A DNA stretch of 64,000 nt, taken from contig OZ037833.1 in the NCBI GenBank assembly GCA_964035575.1, positions 2,790,001 to 2,854,000 on the forward strand, in the 5' to 3' direction. The translations under genes were made by a program, and so were the position numbers. The notes beneath the pieces are model-generated. The model had not been told where the DNA came from. It searched no databases and worked only from the letters and a program-made list of their open reading frames with translations. This DNA comes from Rhynchopus sp. YZ270_cl-10. Lineage: Eukaryota. Every line of letters begins with the position of its first letter. Position 1 is the stretch's first letter. Positions 45,218-56,770 of the stretch are shown here, piece after piece.

Positions 45218-45847
45218 ATGGCAACCCTTCGTCAACGAGGCGTGGGACCGAGCGAGGCCAGGGAGACCCCTACACCTACCCCCGACGAGACAGCAACAGA
45301 GGGCGAGACACCCGAGAACGGCGCCGTCGCAACCCTCTTCCGCTTCCCTACGTTGATTCTGCTGAGCGTCTTCGGTCTAGGGTGTGCGGTGCAGGATGTG
45401 GCGGTGGACCACTTCCTGACGGACGCCATGCGGCATCAGCATTATCGGAACTTAGCGCATCTTCCGGTGTTGCCTTTGGATGGTGTGTTGGGTGTGATCT
45501 TTGGGCTTGCGGTGTTGAATTTGCTCTTGATGCGGAGGGTGCCAGATTTGATCACAATCTTTGTGACCGCGATGTTGGGGTGGGCAAGGACTACACAGAT
45601 CCATCCACGTGTTGCGGACGTAAGCAAATTCCTCACCATTGGCGACGGTGTCTCCATGGGAAGGCTTCCCTCAGCTCTCCGTGGCATCTACGCGTTCAAC
45701 CTCGTCGCCATCCCAATGCTACTCCTCATTGCCTTTGCGCAGCTCTACACATACGCTGTGTGGGTCTCAGAAGGCGCGACAATCTTCGGTGAAGCCGACG
45801 TCGACGAAGAACCCGAAAAGCCCGCCGAGGAAAAGAAAAACGACTAA
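45218..45847 (+). CDS. Small multi-pass membrane protein, unknown function
   Basis: ATG MATLRQRG..., 3-4 hydrophobic segments, C-terminal EEKKND (dilysine-like). Confidence 0.75.
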   Translation: MATLRQRGVGPSEARETPTPTPDETATEGETPENGAVATLFRFPTLILLSVFGLGCAVQDVAVDHFLTDAMRHQHYRNLAHLPVLPLDGVLGVIFGLAVLNLLLMRRVPDLITIFVTAMLGWARTTQIHPRVADVSKFLTIGDGVSMGRLPSALRGIYAFNLVAIPMLLLIAFAQLYTYAVWVSEGATIFGEADVDEEPEKPAEEKKND

Positions 45848-46185
45848 TTTTTTTGAATTTTTTGGGATAGAGAAAGGGGAAGGGGGAAGGAAGGGGGGTG
45901 GAGAAGCATATGGCCTTTTGTTGCTTGCCTTCAGGTGGACTACAGTGTGTAGGTTGATTGCCAAATATTTTTTTGAAACTATGCATTGGGGGTTTTGGGG
46001 GAAAAATACACAATAATCGACACCACTCCTGTCTTGCTTTTGTCTTTTATTTGTAGACGATTTAATTGAGTTGCTCTTTCCCCCCAAACACCGTTTTGTT
46101 TTGCTTCCCGTCTGGCACCTCATCCCCTTAGCCCTGCACTCCACTCCACCCTCCCGATGCAGATCAAAGACACGGCAATTAAACA

Positions 46186-47256
46186 ATGGGTGATCACAGC
46201 ATATCCGCAAACGGAAGTCTTTTGGTAGGCGTGGCTGTGGCTTCTGCTGCAGGGTCTGCGTTGTATTCATGGTGTCAACACGAGGAGCACATGCGTGCCA
46301 CATGCACCTCTCACGCACTGGCAGCACCCACAGCACCTACACCGGCACCCACATCACCTCACCGCCCCATCACGCACAGCGCAGGGACGAGCCCCTTGGT
46401 GCCGTCCCTCGCGATTGAGGCAAGAGAGCCGCTGGCAGGGCGGAGGAAGTACTCAGAGGCGTCGTCGGAGGGCTTGACGTGCTCGACACCGTCGTCGCCA
46501 GAGGCTAGGCAGTGCGACAGCATGCGGCGCCTGCCTCTGCATGCAGAGGAGGGGGGGAAGGGGAAGGGGACGGAGCAGGCCGTGCATGCGTCGTGCGACC
46601 TCTGCCACGCAGAGGCGCGTCCCTGCCCGCCCGACGCACACCCCACCACAACTGTCACCTTCATCCCCGACGTCGGCAACCCGTGTTTCCACACGTGCCA
46701 CCCGACGTCGGTATACTACCGTTCGACCCTCCACTGCAGACAATGGTGGCTCACAACGGACGTCTTCAACAGCGTTTGCTCGTTTCTCCCAGAGGCGGAT
46801 GTGCTTGTGGTGAGTGGTGTGAACTCGTCGTGTTTACGGTCTGGGATTGAGCTGTTCTCGCGGCAGGAGCGTGACATGTCGCGTGCAGTAGGACTCAAGA
46901 AGCGCCGTGCCGCACGTGAGTGCATGACCAAGCGGCGTGTAGGCATCAAGGTCGACTCCTTCGAAGCGCTGCTGCAGGTCACCGCAGCAGGCCCGTCAAG
47001 CAACCTCTACGGGTTCACCTTCGTCGACTCTGTGAAGGAAGGGAGCGAGTGTGGACGGCGGCGTCTTGCGTGGACAGCGTCCGATAATCGTATGTCACGC
47101 AAACCCCTTTCATTTTCCATACAACACAACACAGGTGTTCGCACAGCGGAGGTGGTGAAAAGTCTGCAAGAAACACTAGACCTCTACGAGAAGCGCAAAA
47201 GCGCTGCACACGAATGGGTGCAAGAGTGTGCCTTCGCTGGCATTGCGCTGTCGTAA
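46186..47256 (+). CDS. Hypothetical protein with N-terminal hydrophobic anchor and F-box-like motif
   Basis: Anchor LLVGVAVASAAGSALYSW; LTTDVFNSVCSFLPEADVLVVSGVN resembles an F-box. Confidence 0.65.
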   Translation: MGDHSISANGSLLVGVAVASAAGSALYSWCQHEEHMRATCTSHALAAPTAPTPAPTSPHRPITHSAGTSPLVPSLAIEAREPLAGRRKYSEASSEGLTCSTPSSPEARQCDSMRRLPLHAEEGGKGKGTEQAVHASCDLCHAEARPCPPDAHPTTTVTFIPDVGNPCFHTCHPTSVYYRSTLHCRQWWLTTDVFNSVCSFLPEADVLVVSGVNSSCLRSGIELFSRQERDMSRAVGLKKRRAARECMTKRRVGIKVDSFEALLQVTAAGPSSNLYGFTFVDSVKEGSECGRRRLAWTASDNRMSRKPLSFSIQHNTGVRTAEVVKSLQETLDLYEKRKSAAHEWVQECAFAGIALS

Positions 47257-48487
47257 GCCAACTGTAGAAGGCAATGCATTGGTGCCGCGAGAAGACGGTA
47301 TAAAATACCTGTCAACCCGACGGAAGCTTGCTTGTACTCCTACCGCTTGGGCACATTGTCTTTTTGAACAGTTTTTTTTATTTTTCTGAATAAAAAAAAA
47401 TAGAACATCAACAAAAACCAACCAACGCACATCAACGCTCAACCCTTCTGTTTCTCGCCCTCGATATTCATTTGTTTTGAACATTTTTCTTTGGTATCTG
47501 AGTCTACGGTACGGTGATATCACTTTATATTTTCAACGTCACTCTTTAGCACTTCGAAGCCCACTGGGCAGCAGGTCCGCATGAGGCTTTACTACTTTTC
47601 AAATTCCTTTCTTAACCACGTTTATCCTTCTTCAATCTGTATGTTGTCCTTTCCCCCCACCCGCGTCTGCTGCCCAATCAACGAGGTGGCTCACGTTACT
47701 TTTTTTGTGGTTTTCTCTTGTTTTTTTTTGCAAGCTAGAAAGTGTTTTTGTACACAAATAACTGAGGGTTATATCCAAATTTTCGTACGCTTTTTTTGAA
47801 GCTTTTGGTAGTTGTCTCACCAAAAGGGAGGGCGAAAGGGCGAAGCCAAAGCAGACAGGCTCCACTCTTCGCATTCTGCACGACGGTGATATATGCAAAG
47901 TGCGCTTTTGTGGTAATGGTCCTTCGCAATGTGCTGCTTTGACTTCAAACAGATGCAAACAGGGCACGTCTCTTCTAGCGTGCCTGGATGTTTTTATTCA
48001 ACCGATTGTATTTGTGATAACGACTGTGACAAGGTGACTAAGCGAGACTTAGGTTCATCTTATAAACTTTTCTCTTTATTCGTGTGTCAAGTACTGCGTC
48101 CCAGAGGTGTTGGCACTTTTTGTTCAACCGATTGTATTGTGATTGAAACCCGAGGTGTGTACTGTGAAGGCTTCAGTGCAACAGTGTTACAACACAACCA
48201 GAGCAGATGAAGGTTTTCTACAGGCTTCGTGCATAAGTTGCAAAAAAAAAAAAGGTTGACTTACATTCAGGGAAGTTCCTAAGTGGGACCGAGAACATGA
48301 AATTCTGGATTTTAGTTTTTTTTTCCTTTTTTTTTTTCCTTTTTTCCTTTTTTCCTTAGGGGGCTTTCTTGTGGTTTCTGGTGGGTTTCACTGTAGGTGA
48401 CACACTACCAGTGTGGTGAAATGGTCGAAACTCTCAAAAGCAAGAGTTTTCAGGGGGCAAGAAAAAAAAAATTGACACCAAAATCCT

Positions 48488-48645
48488 GCACCATCCAGGG
48501 CTGTATCCCCAATTTTTTTTGCCTGCGGCGCCATTTTTCATTTTTTGCTCTGCAAAAAAGGGTTCGTTGGAAGCTAGATTTTTACACCGTACCCAAAAAT
48601 TTTTGCCTGCGACGCCATTTATATTATTTTTTGCTCCGCAAAAAG
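48488..48645 (+). repeat. Dispersed repeat homologous to the interior of the hAT MITE at 55672-56148
   Basis: gcaccatccagg...tttttgcctgcggcgccattt...aagctagatttttacaccgt also occurs at ~55798-55980. Confidence 0.8.
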
Positions 48646-50153
48646 AGAAGTGCAAACGCCTCACCATTCATCGGCGGAAGCACTGGTTCCACGGGTTATC
48701 GAACCCCAGAGAGCACTTCATTGGCATGCACACGGTTACCACGAGGGAGCGTATGCCGGTACAAAATCACTGCCCCATCCAAATAATATTCCCAACGTCT
48801 TTGGGGATCCCCTTGCATTTTGCAGCCAAAATGCAACTAGACCAAAGCTGCAAAAAGTTCTGCGCGCGTGTAGCGCGCCCGGGTTTGGGACCCCTTTTTG
48901 AATTTCGAGGGGCGGTTAAAGTGGGCCCAGAATCACAGTTCTGACACTCATTTAGCATTGTGAGCAACGCACTAGTGGTCGTAACCAAAATTTGTATCAA
49001 TCAAGAACTTGTCCATTTTCTCGAAATGACCCCACTACAGTGAGGGTAGAGCTCGGAAAGCCCGAAAAAGGGCAAAAAAACCCCACCCAAAAAAAGGAAA
49101 AAAACGGGAACATAAATCCAGAATTTTGCTGTTTTTTCCGAGAACAAGGGGCAACCCTGCTTACATTCGATCACACCGGGTTGGGTGGGGTGGTGGGGTA
49201 ATTATACGTGCTCTATATCTTCGTGGGTGTTCTGTATTCGTTGCGTGCTTACGACTTTCCAATAAAAAATCTCAGGGGTATTATACAATCGCGGGTAAAG
49301 ATGTGGAAGACTTGGGGGAAGAATGGGGAAATTTTTTCTTGAAAATCTTGATCCAGCAAAAAGGTTTCAAAGATTTTGGAGAAATACTGTACGATTCAAG
49401 TACGACGTTGAAGACCCTTGGGTTTGCTGGTTGTATTTCAAGTCAATTTTTTATTTAAAACCATGACGATATGCAGCTTCCCCCAGGTGACTGGTTTTTT
49501 GTATCTCTCATAAAATTTCAAAAAACCCCCCCCACGAGGTGACTAAGCACAAGATCCTCACTGTGCTTAGTAAACATCACACCTCTTTTCCCCCCCGCGG
49601 CTCAGTTTTTTTCCCTCTGTGGGCGGAGGCAGATGGGCGTTTTGTCGCACAAGAGAGATACAACAGAGAGTTCATCTCTCGAGCTTTCTTTGGGAACCCT
49701 CTCGCTCCCCCTTTTTTTTGCCCTTTTTTTTGTTAGTCTTTCCATAGCCCAAGGGTCGGTTTCAAAAACCCCCTCAATTTCTTCATTTTTGTAAAGGCTT
49801 TGTGTGAGGTAGTGACTATGTGTCCTGCGTGCAACATTCCCGCTGTGTGTACCAATGAAGTGCCCTCCACGGTTCGATGACCAAGTGGAGAGATCCGGTG
49901 CCTGCGTCCACAGTGTTTTTTTTTGCACCTACAACTTTCATTTCTATTGTGAATGGGTTTTCGTTGCATCCCCTCCCCCCCCCTGTTTAAGTCGCCTTTA
50001 GCATTTAGGCTTCTCACACTGTATCGCACACTTTCCTCTCTTTGGTACAAAGAACAAGCTCAAAAAAATACATTTTCATCAACATTTCCACCCTCACATT
50101 ATCCCCTCTCTCCCCCTGCTCCATATTTTCTCTCAGATTTTTGGGGGAAAAAT

Positions 50154-51365
50154 ATGGAAATTTCCGTCCGATGCGCTGATTCTGCTTCAACACACTGTAT
50201 TCACATCGACCCTGACGAAACCTTCGGTTCTCTTTCCTCCAAAGCTGCAGCCCTGCTACACTGCCCTGCAGACAGCGCCGTGCGCCTGCAGCAGGAGAGG
50301 GTATCTCTTGCGCACTTCACCGAAGAGACACCCATCTCTGAGACAGGCCTATGCAACGGTGATGCACTGGTGGCCACTATATACCGTTGTGTAGAGCCGA
50401 GTGGTTGGAAGTGCCCGTCTGATGTTCTACAGACCGTGGAATGTGAAAGGCTTGCATTGTCCCCAGATGGCCAGCGCTGTGCGGTGGGGAGCATGTGTGC
50501 GAGCAACGGGGTTATAATACACGATATGGTCCGCAATGCGTCCCAGATGGTGTGTGGTGCTGGGAAGGTGCAGACGCTAGCGCTTCTTCCAGGCTGTGTC
50601 GCCTTCGCGCTGTGCCGCAGTACACAGCTTGTTGTCACGCATCTAGAGAACCGTACGGCGTTGTTCGACCATACTTCAACCGCCTTCAGCTTTACCCATG
50701 AGGTCCGTTCTGTTGCAGGCACGCCATGTGGAGGGTACGTGGTTGTGTCGACAAGGGGATCAGAATGGGCCGGATGGGCAGTCCAGCTGGCATCGCATTC
50801 TCGAAGGGCTTTATCATGCGGAGGCTCACGGATGGTGGTGTCACCAGAAGGGAAATGGGTGGCATGCAGTTCTGAAGAAGGGGTCTGTCTTCTAAGCTTT
50901 GCGAGTGGCTCCTGTGAACACGTGTTGATGCAGGAGGAAGGAGGCGAAGGGCTTGCGTTTTCTAGGTGTGGTGCCCTTCTTGCAGGCACCTCTGCATCAG
51001 GCCTGACCATATGGCATACAACCAGCGGAGTCAAGGAACAGCACCTCGATGTGTCTGCAGGCTGTGTAGAGTTTTCCTTCTGTCTACAGTACGTCTTTGT
51101 CTGCTCTCAAGGTGTGGTCAGTCAGTGGGATCTGCACACAGGGAATAGGGTTCACATATTCAAGGAAAGTGCGTGTGGTTTGTTGGTCTCGCCAGATGCG
51201 CAGTACGTCGCTATAGGGAATGCAAATGGGCTGCATATCCGTGAGGTACCTGAAGAGGAGCAGCGGACGCCAAGCACCCCAAGAATAGACAGAGAACGGG
51301 AGCAGAGGCAAAGGGTGAGGGAACCACAGAGAGAGAAGCAAAAGCATCGGTGCAGGCTGTGCTGA
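50154..51365 (+). CDS. Ubiquitin-like N-domain plus WD40/beta-propeller protein
   Basis: Ubl pattern MEISVR...IDPDETFGSL...ISETGLCNGD; repeated propeller motifs ALSPDG, VSPEG, AFSRCG, VSQWD. Confidence 0.8.
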   Translation: MEISVRCADSASTHCIHIDPDETFGSLSSKAAALLHCPADSAVRLQQERVSLAHFTEETPISETGLCNGDALVATIYRCVEPSGWKCPSDVLQTVECERLALSPDGQRCAVGSMCASNGVIIHDMVRNASQMVCGAGKVQTLALLPGCVAFALCRSTQLVVTHLENRTALFDHTSTAFSFTHEVRSVAGTPCGGYVVVSTRGSEWAGWAVQLASHSRRALSCGGSRMVVSPEGKWVACSSEEGVCLLSFASGSCEHVLMQEEGGEGLAFSRCGALLAGTSASGLTIWHTTSGVKEQHLDVSAGCVEFSFCLQYVFVCSQGVVSQWDLHTGNRVHIFKESACGLLVSPDAQYVAIGNANGLHIREVPEEEQRTPSTPRIDREREQRQRVREPQREKQKHRCRLC

Positions 51366-52461
51366 ATATGCATTTAGCGTTGTGTTGGCAGCTCTTGCAA
51401 GGTGACAAAAAGCGAGAGGCTTAGACGTGTCTCACCCACTCTGGATGCGAAGAGCACATTCATCTTTCACTGCCCCAAGAGGCGTTTGCACTATCAACTC
51501 CACCTTTTTTTGGGTACATTGTCATACGAGGTCTTTGTATTTCATGATATTTTTTGTCTGGTGTGGTCTAAATGCAAAGCGTTACGCCTGTAAAGGGTGA
51601 ACGCATGGCAAGGGATCGATTCTCAGATTACTTTTTTGGGGGAGCGGGAGGGGGGGCAGATGAAATACTCCAAAAAAAATGCGCGAAAGCAAAATCGGAA
51701 CCAAAAAGGGCGTCGTGTTTTTTTGCGTTATTTTTTGTTGTATTTCTTTTCCCTTTTTTTTTTTGAGAGAGAGAGTGTCTTCGTTCAACAAAAATTCTGT
51801 TTCAAACACAAAAAAATCATTTTTCTACCAAGCTTTTTGCCTTCAGAAAAGCTTTGTCGTTGTTGCTTGCATCTTTGAGTTTTTGGCTCATTTTTTTTGA
51901 GTTGAAGTGCATGCCATGTTATCAGAACATTCACTTGTCATGTGAAAAAAATTTTTTTTCCACCTCTTCACCCTGTGGACCCTACACCTCACACCTTGCT
52001 TATGATGGACGATGTGGCGTTGGTACTCTGACTAAAAGAATCCTACGCGTTAGGACTCATGAGCCACGTTTCCAACAAAAAAAGCCCCTAACCAGGAGCG
52101 AAGCGTGTTGCGGGTGTTGGCCAGTTACGGTGATCCGCGATTTTTTATTCTTTTTATTCTTTTTTTTGGTCAATTTTCGAACAAAAACCTTTGGCTAAAA
52201 GGGTAGGGCAGCCTCACTCTTTTTCCTTCCCCCAAAGATCGCGCTAAAAAAAAATTCTCTCCCTTCTTTTTTGTTTTGCACTGTTTTTTGAAAGGTCACA
52301 CTTTGCTCTCAATTATCCCCCCAAAATCACCCTAAAATCACACACTTCTTGAACAGCTACACAGAAAGGGTTCCGCTAGCCCTTCTATTCCTTTTTTGTT
52401 TTTCTCTCCAAAAAAAACACACATATTAATCTACACTTTGCACTGTTGAGAAGCTTTAAAG

Positions 52462-53876
52462 ATGTCGTCGCAGAAGCCGTTTGAGAAGCCGGATACTTCT
52501 AATTGGAAGTTGACGGACTTGGATATGAAGGAGACGCTTGGGACAGGGAGCTTTGGTCGTGTGAGGCTTGCGAAGTTGAAGGGGCAGGATGCGTTCTACG
52601 CAGTGAAGTGTCTGAAGAAGCGTGAGATCATCAAGATGAAGCAGGTGCAGCACATCCTTGCAGAGAAGTCGCTCCTGGCAGAGCTGAGCCACCCCTTCAT
52701 TGTGAACATCATCACGACCTTCCAGGATGAGAAGAAGCTCTACATTGTGCTCGAGTACGTCATTGGTGGTGAGATGTTCACACATTTGCGGTCTGCAGGG
52801 CGCTTCCCCAACGACGTCTCGAAGTTCTACCATGCTGAGGTATGTTTATTGGGAGAGAGGGTGGGGGGAGAGGGGACAGGGGGGAGTATGAGTAGTAAGG
52901 ATAGGAGGAAGGAAAAAGGTTTTGCACAACAAAAAACACAACACACATACAGCTTGTTCTCGTGTTCGAGTACATCCACAACAAGGACATCATCTACCGT
53001 GACCTGAAGCCGGAGAACCTTCTGCTCGATGGGAAAGGGCACGTTAAGGTATGTGGGAAGGGTGGTATATGTTGTTAGACGTTCTTTTTTTCTTCTTGCA
53101 GATTACTGACTTTGGGTTCGCAAAGCGTGTCCCGGAAAGAACGTTCACCCTGTGTGGTACACCGGAGTACCTGGCGCCAGAGGTGATCCAGAGCAAGGGG
53201 CACGGCAAGGCGGTTGACTGGTGGGCAATGGGGATTCTGTTGTACGAATTCAACGCGGGTTACCCGCCGTTCTTCGACGACTCTCCGTTCAGAATCTACG
53301 AGAAGATCCTGGAAGGCCGTGTGCAGTTCCCGAACTGGTTTGACTCGCGTGCGAAGGACCTCATCCGCCAGCTCCTGCAGACGGACCACACCAAGCGTCT
53401 CGGCACCCTCAAGGGCGGCTCGCAGGACGTCAAGACACACTCCTACTTCAAGGGCGCCAACTGGGAGAAGCTCCTCGCCCTCCAGTACCCCGCACCCATC
53501 CCCATCAAGACCAAGGGCGCAGGCGACACATCCAACTTCGAGCGCTACCCAGAGTCCAAGGAGGTATGGCAATGTGAGAACATAGATTACCCAGTGTAGA
53601 GGTGATTATGTGGGGTAGATTCATCGTAAGTGGATTTGGCACACGAGCGAAAGAAGCTTAAGGCATCTTCTAGCTTTTCTGTTGGAGGTGTAGGGTCACC
53701 CTGGAAGTTGTAAATGGTTGAAGAACACTTCATCTGTTTTATATGCAAAGCCGTGCAGCTGAAATGCGTTCCATTCCACGATTGTCAAATGTATTCAAAC
53801 CTTTTTCTCTTTCACCTCACAGGACCGCAGTGCACCGCTCACGAAGGAGCAACAGATGATGTTTGCCGATTTCTAG
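52462..53876 (+). CDS. PKAC: cAMP-dependent protein kinase catalytic subunit, 4 exons, 329 aa
   Basis: [31 protein letters not shown] and C-terminal FADF. Exons 52462-52839, 52953-53048, 53102-53563, 53823-53876. Confidence 0.96.
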
Positions 53877-55671
53877 AACACACACAACAGGGAGGGAGGG
53901 CAGGGCGACACGCACTTTGCGTGCAAACTATACTCGTTGGGGCCGTTTTTTTCCCCCTCCAGATTATCGATAAGAAGGGAGAGAAGTGTTACCCCTTTAT
54001 TATTTCGCTTTCATCCCCCTCCTTAAACTCTCAAAAAGTGTTTTTTTTTCCTCTTTTTTTGTAGTTTTTATCCCCCCCCCATTTAGCGATATTTGCTGTT
54101 GTTGCAGGATATCGGTGTAAAATAATGTATTTTTTTTCTTCTATTTTTCAAGTCTTTCGTTCTTTGGTTTAAAATTACGTTTTATTTTATTTTGTAGTCA
54201 TTTTTATAGGAAACAACACAGTTTGTGATTAAACCAGTATAGGGGAAAGATCATTTGCCGAAGAAGTAAAATAAAAAAGCAAATACCTTAGAACTTCCCC
54301 TTCTACTTACCCCTTCCCCCCCCCTCAATTTCACTTCTATTTGATCAAAAAAAAAAAAAAAAATTCCCCCCCCTCAACCTGACAACCAGACCTTCTCACC
54401 CTCTCCTCTCCATTTGTAAATAATTTCTGAAATTTGTCAAAGGGCATTCTTGTTAATGTGTCCCTATAATGTGCGCCGTTCCAAAAAAAAAAAAAAAAAA
54501 AGTTTTTTCCCCCCTTTGTCAACACAAAAAAAAAATGCAACGGGAAGCCAACAAAGAAAACAGTCTGAACAACTTCGTCAAAACACAAAAAAAAATAGAA
54601 CATTTAGAGATGGATGCTGAGAGTGCGCCTTCGTGTGGCAAAAAAAAATTGTCTTCTGCTTTTCTTAATACACTACAGTCAAAGCGAGGTGTTTTCTATG
54701 TGTTTTTTTTTCCCCCACAAAAAAAAAAGTCTCCCTTTTTTCCTTCTCCACCCCCACCCTCCGTAAAACAAGAGTGATGAAAACAAAAAAAAAAACCCCC
54801 CAATATTTACACTGGGGCTGCCTGACGAATATGTTACAAAATTTTGAATGCAAGACTCGTCTCGTGTAAAAAAAGTTTGTTTTTTTTTCTTCTTCTGTTC
54901 TGATAGGTAGCTCTATTTTCTTCTAAAAAAAATGGGAAGAGGGTTTGAAGCAACATAAAACATGCCGCAAAACAGACACAAATTATTGGAATATTGGTAC
55001 CCCAGAAATAAAAAAATACCAAGTACGCAAGAAGTACGTAAAATGGGGTCGTCAGGAGCACCAAATATACTTCAAAACCCTTTGTGTGACGGTACGGAAC
55101 ACCCACGAACTCCCACCCTTTGCATGAGCTCGACTACTCGAGATGCGTTTTAGCACGTTTCAACTACTCTTTGTGTTTCACTCTCCTTCTTCCCTTTTAT
55201 TCAAAGGGGATTAATTTGGCAACTGAAAAAAATTCTTCAGGTACAAAAAAAATACAAAGCGCTATTCTGAATGATAGCTACACTACTCCAATGTTGCAAA
55301 GGAAATCAAGGAATCTGGCTTTGTTATTCCTCCACGCAACACTGCAAGCAAAAGCCTAATCTATGAGGTGATTTCCTATGTTGCTTCTTCCCCCTAACTC
55401 ATTCCTCCCCCCCCTTACCCAGGGTTCTTCTGAACCCCAAAAAGTGGTCTGTTTTTTCCCCCCTCCTTCCCATCCCCTCATATTTCCTTTTTTTTTCTTC
55501 TTTTTATTTGTGAATAGCACGTATTATCAGAAAGCCGCTTTTTTTAATACCAGTGCAATGGCAACTGCGGAGGGTTTTGTTATTTTACTTTTTTTTTGTT
55601 GCGTTGAAATAGGACGCAAAATAAAAGGAAAAGTGCAAGCGCCTTTTGCATGCTATGAAAGGAAATAAAAC

Positions 55672-56148
55672 CAGGGGCTCCGCTACCGTATAAAGTTCTG
55701 TTGCGGCGCAACAGAAGTCTGAAAAAAAGAAAAAAAAAAAAAAAATATCCCATGGTGTTGAAGCCACGGGAGTACCATGGGAACTGGGTTGCTGACCGCA
55801 CCATCCAGGCTGTACCTCAATTTTTTTTTGCCTGCGGCGCCATTTTTCCTTTTTTGCTCCGCAAAAAAGGATTCGATGTGTGACTCTGTGCTGAAAAAGC
55901 TAGATTTTTACACCGTGCCCTAAATTTTTTTTTGCCTGCGGCGCCATTTGTTTGATTTTTTTTTACTCCGCAAAAAAAATACAGTTCCCAATGTCCCTGG
56001 TCAGCAGGGCTGAAAAATTTTTGGGCACAAAAACAGCTGACCCCCCAATCTTGAAATCTGAATTCCTGGATAAGACACTGGCGCAGGGTGAAAAAAAAAC
56101 CCCCGCAACAGAACTCAAAAAAAATCTGAAAACGTAGCGGAGGGGCTG
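55672..56148. mobile_element. hAT-type MITE
   Basis: CAGGGGCTCCGCTAC...GTAGCGGAGGGGCTG; subterminal agttctgttgcgg / ccgcaacagaact; 8-bp TSD AATAAAAC at 55664-55671 and 56149-56156. Confidence 0.85.
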
Positions 56149-56770
56149 AATAAAACAGCAAAAAAAAAAAAAAAAAATGCTGTACGGAAAAGGGTTTTAA
56201 GAAAATCCTTTTTTGTTTTTTTTTAATGGATCGTGCAGAAAAAAACAACACGCTATGTTCTTTTTTTTGGCATGTTTTTAAATACCCATCCCAGTCCCCT
56301 TTGTCCCCCTTTTTTGGTTGTTGTTAATTTAGTGGCAACTAATCAACTCCCCCCTCCATCCAATGTTTTCCCATTCAAAACAAAAACAAAACAAAAGACT
56401 ACAAAACAAATAAACCAAAAAACAAATACCCTTTTCCCTCCACATTTCTCAACGATTTTTTTGGGGATTCGGTTTTTTGGTGTTCCTGGCCTCAAACACG
56501 CACCTCCACTTGAGGCCATATTCTGCGCAAAGAGAATTACCCCTATTAGTTCTCTTCAAACACACCCCACTTTCAACCTCACTTTTTTAGACACCTTGTG
56601 TGTACTTTTTGTATGGTCCACCATTCTGGCAACTCCTTGCCATTATTCACAACCAACCCCCCTCCCCTCCCCCCTCCCCCCTCCCCACTCTTTCAACCTT
56701 CTACAGGGGGACACACTCTACACCCCCCGCCTCCGCCTCCTCCTCTTCCTCCCCCTCCCTTCCCATCACA

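Noticed and set aside
44650..45792. 380-aa ORF with 33-aa repeats (ankyrin-length)
   Set aside because: No ankyrin consensus; it arises from the 99-bp DNA repeat and overlaps the better membrane-protein ORF in another frame.
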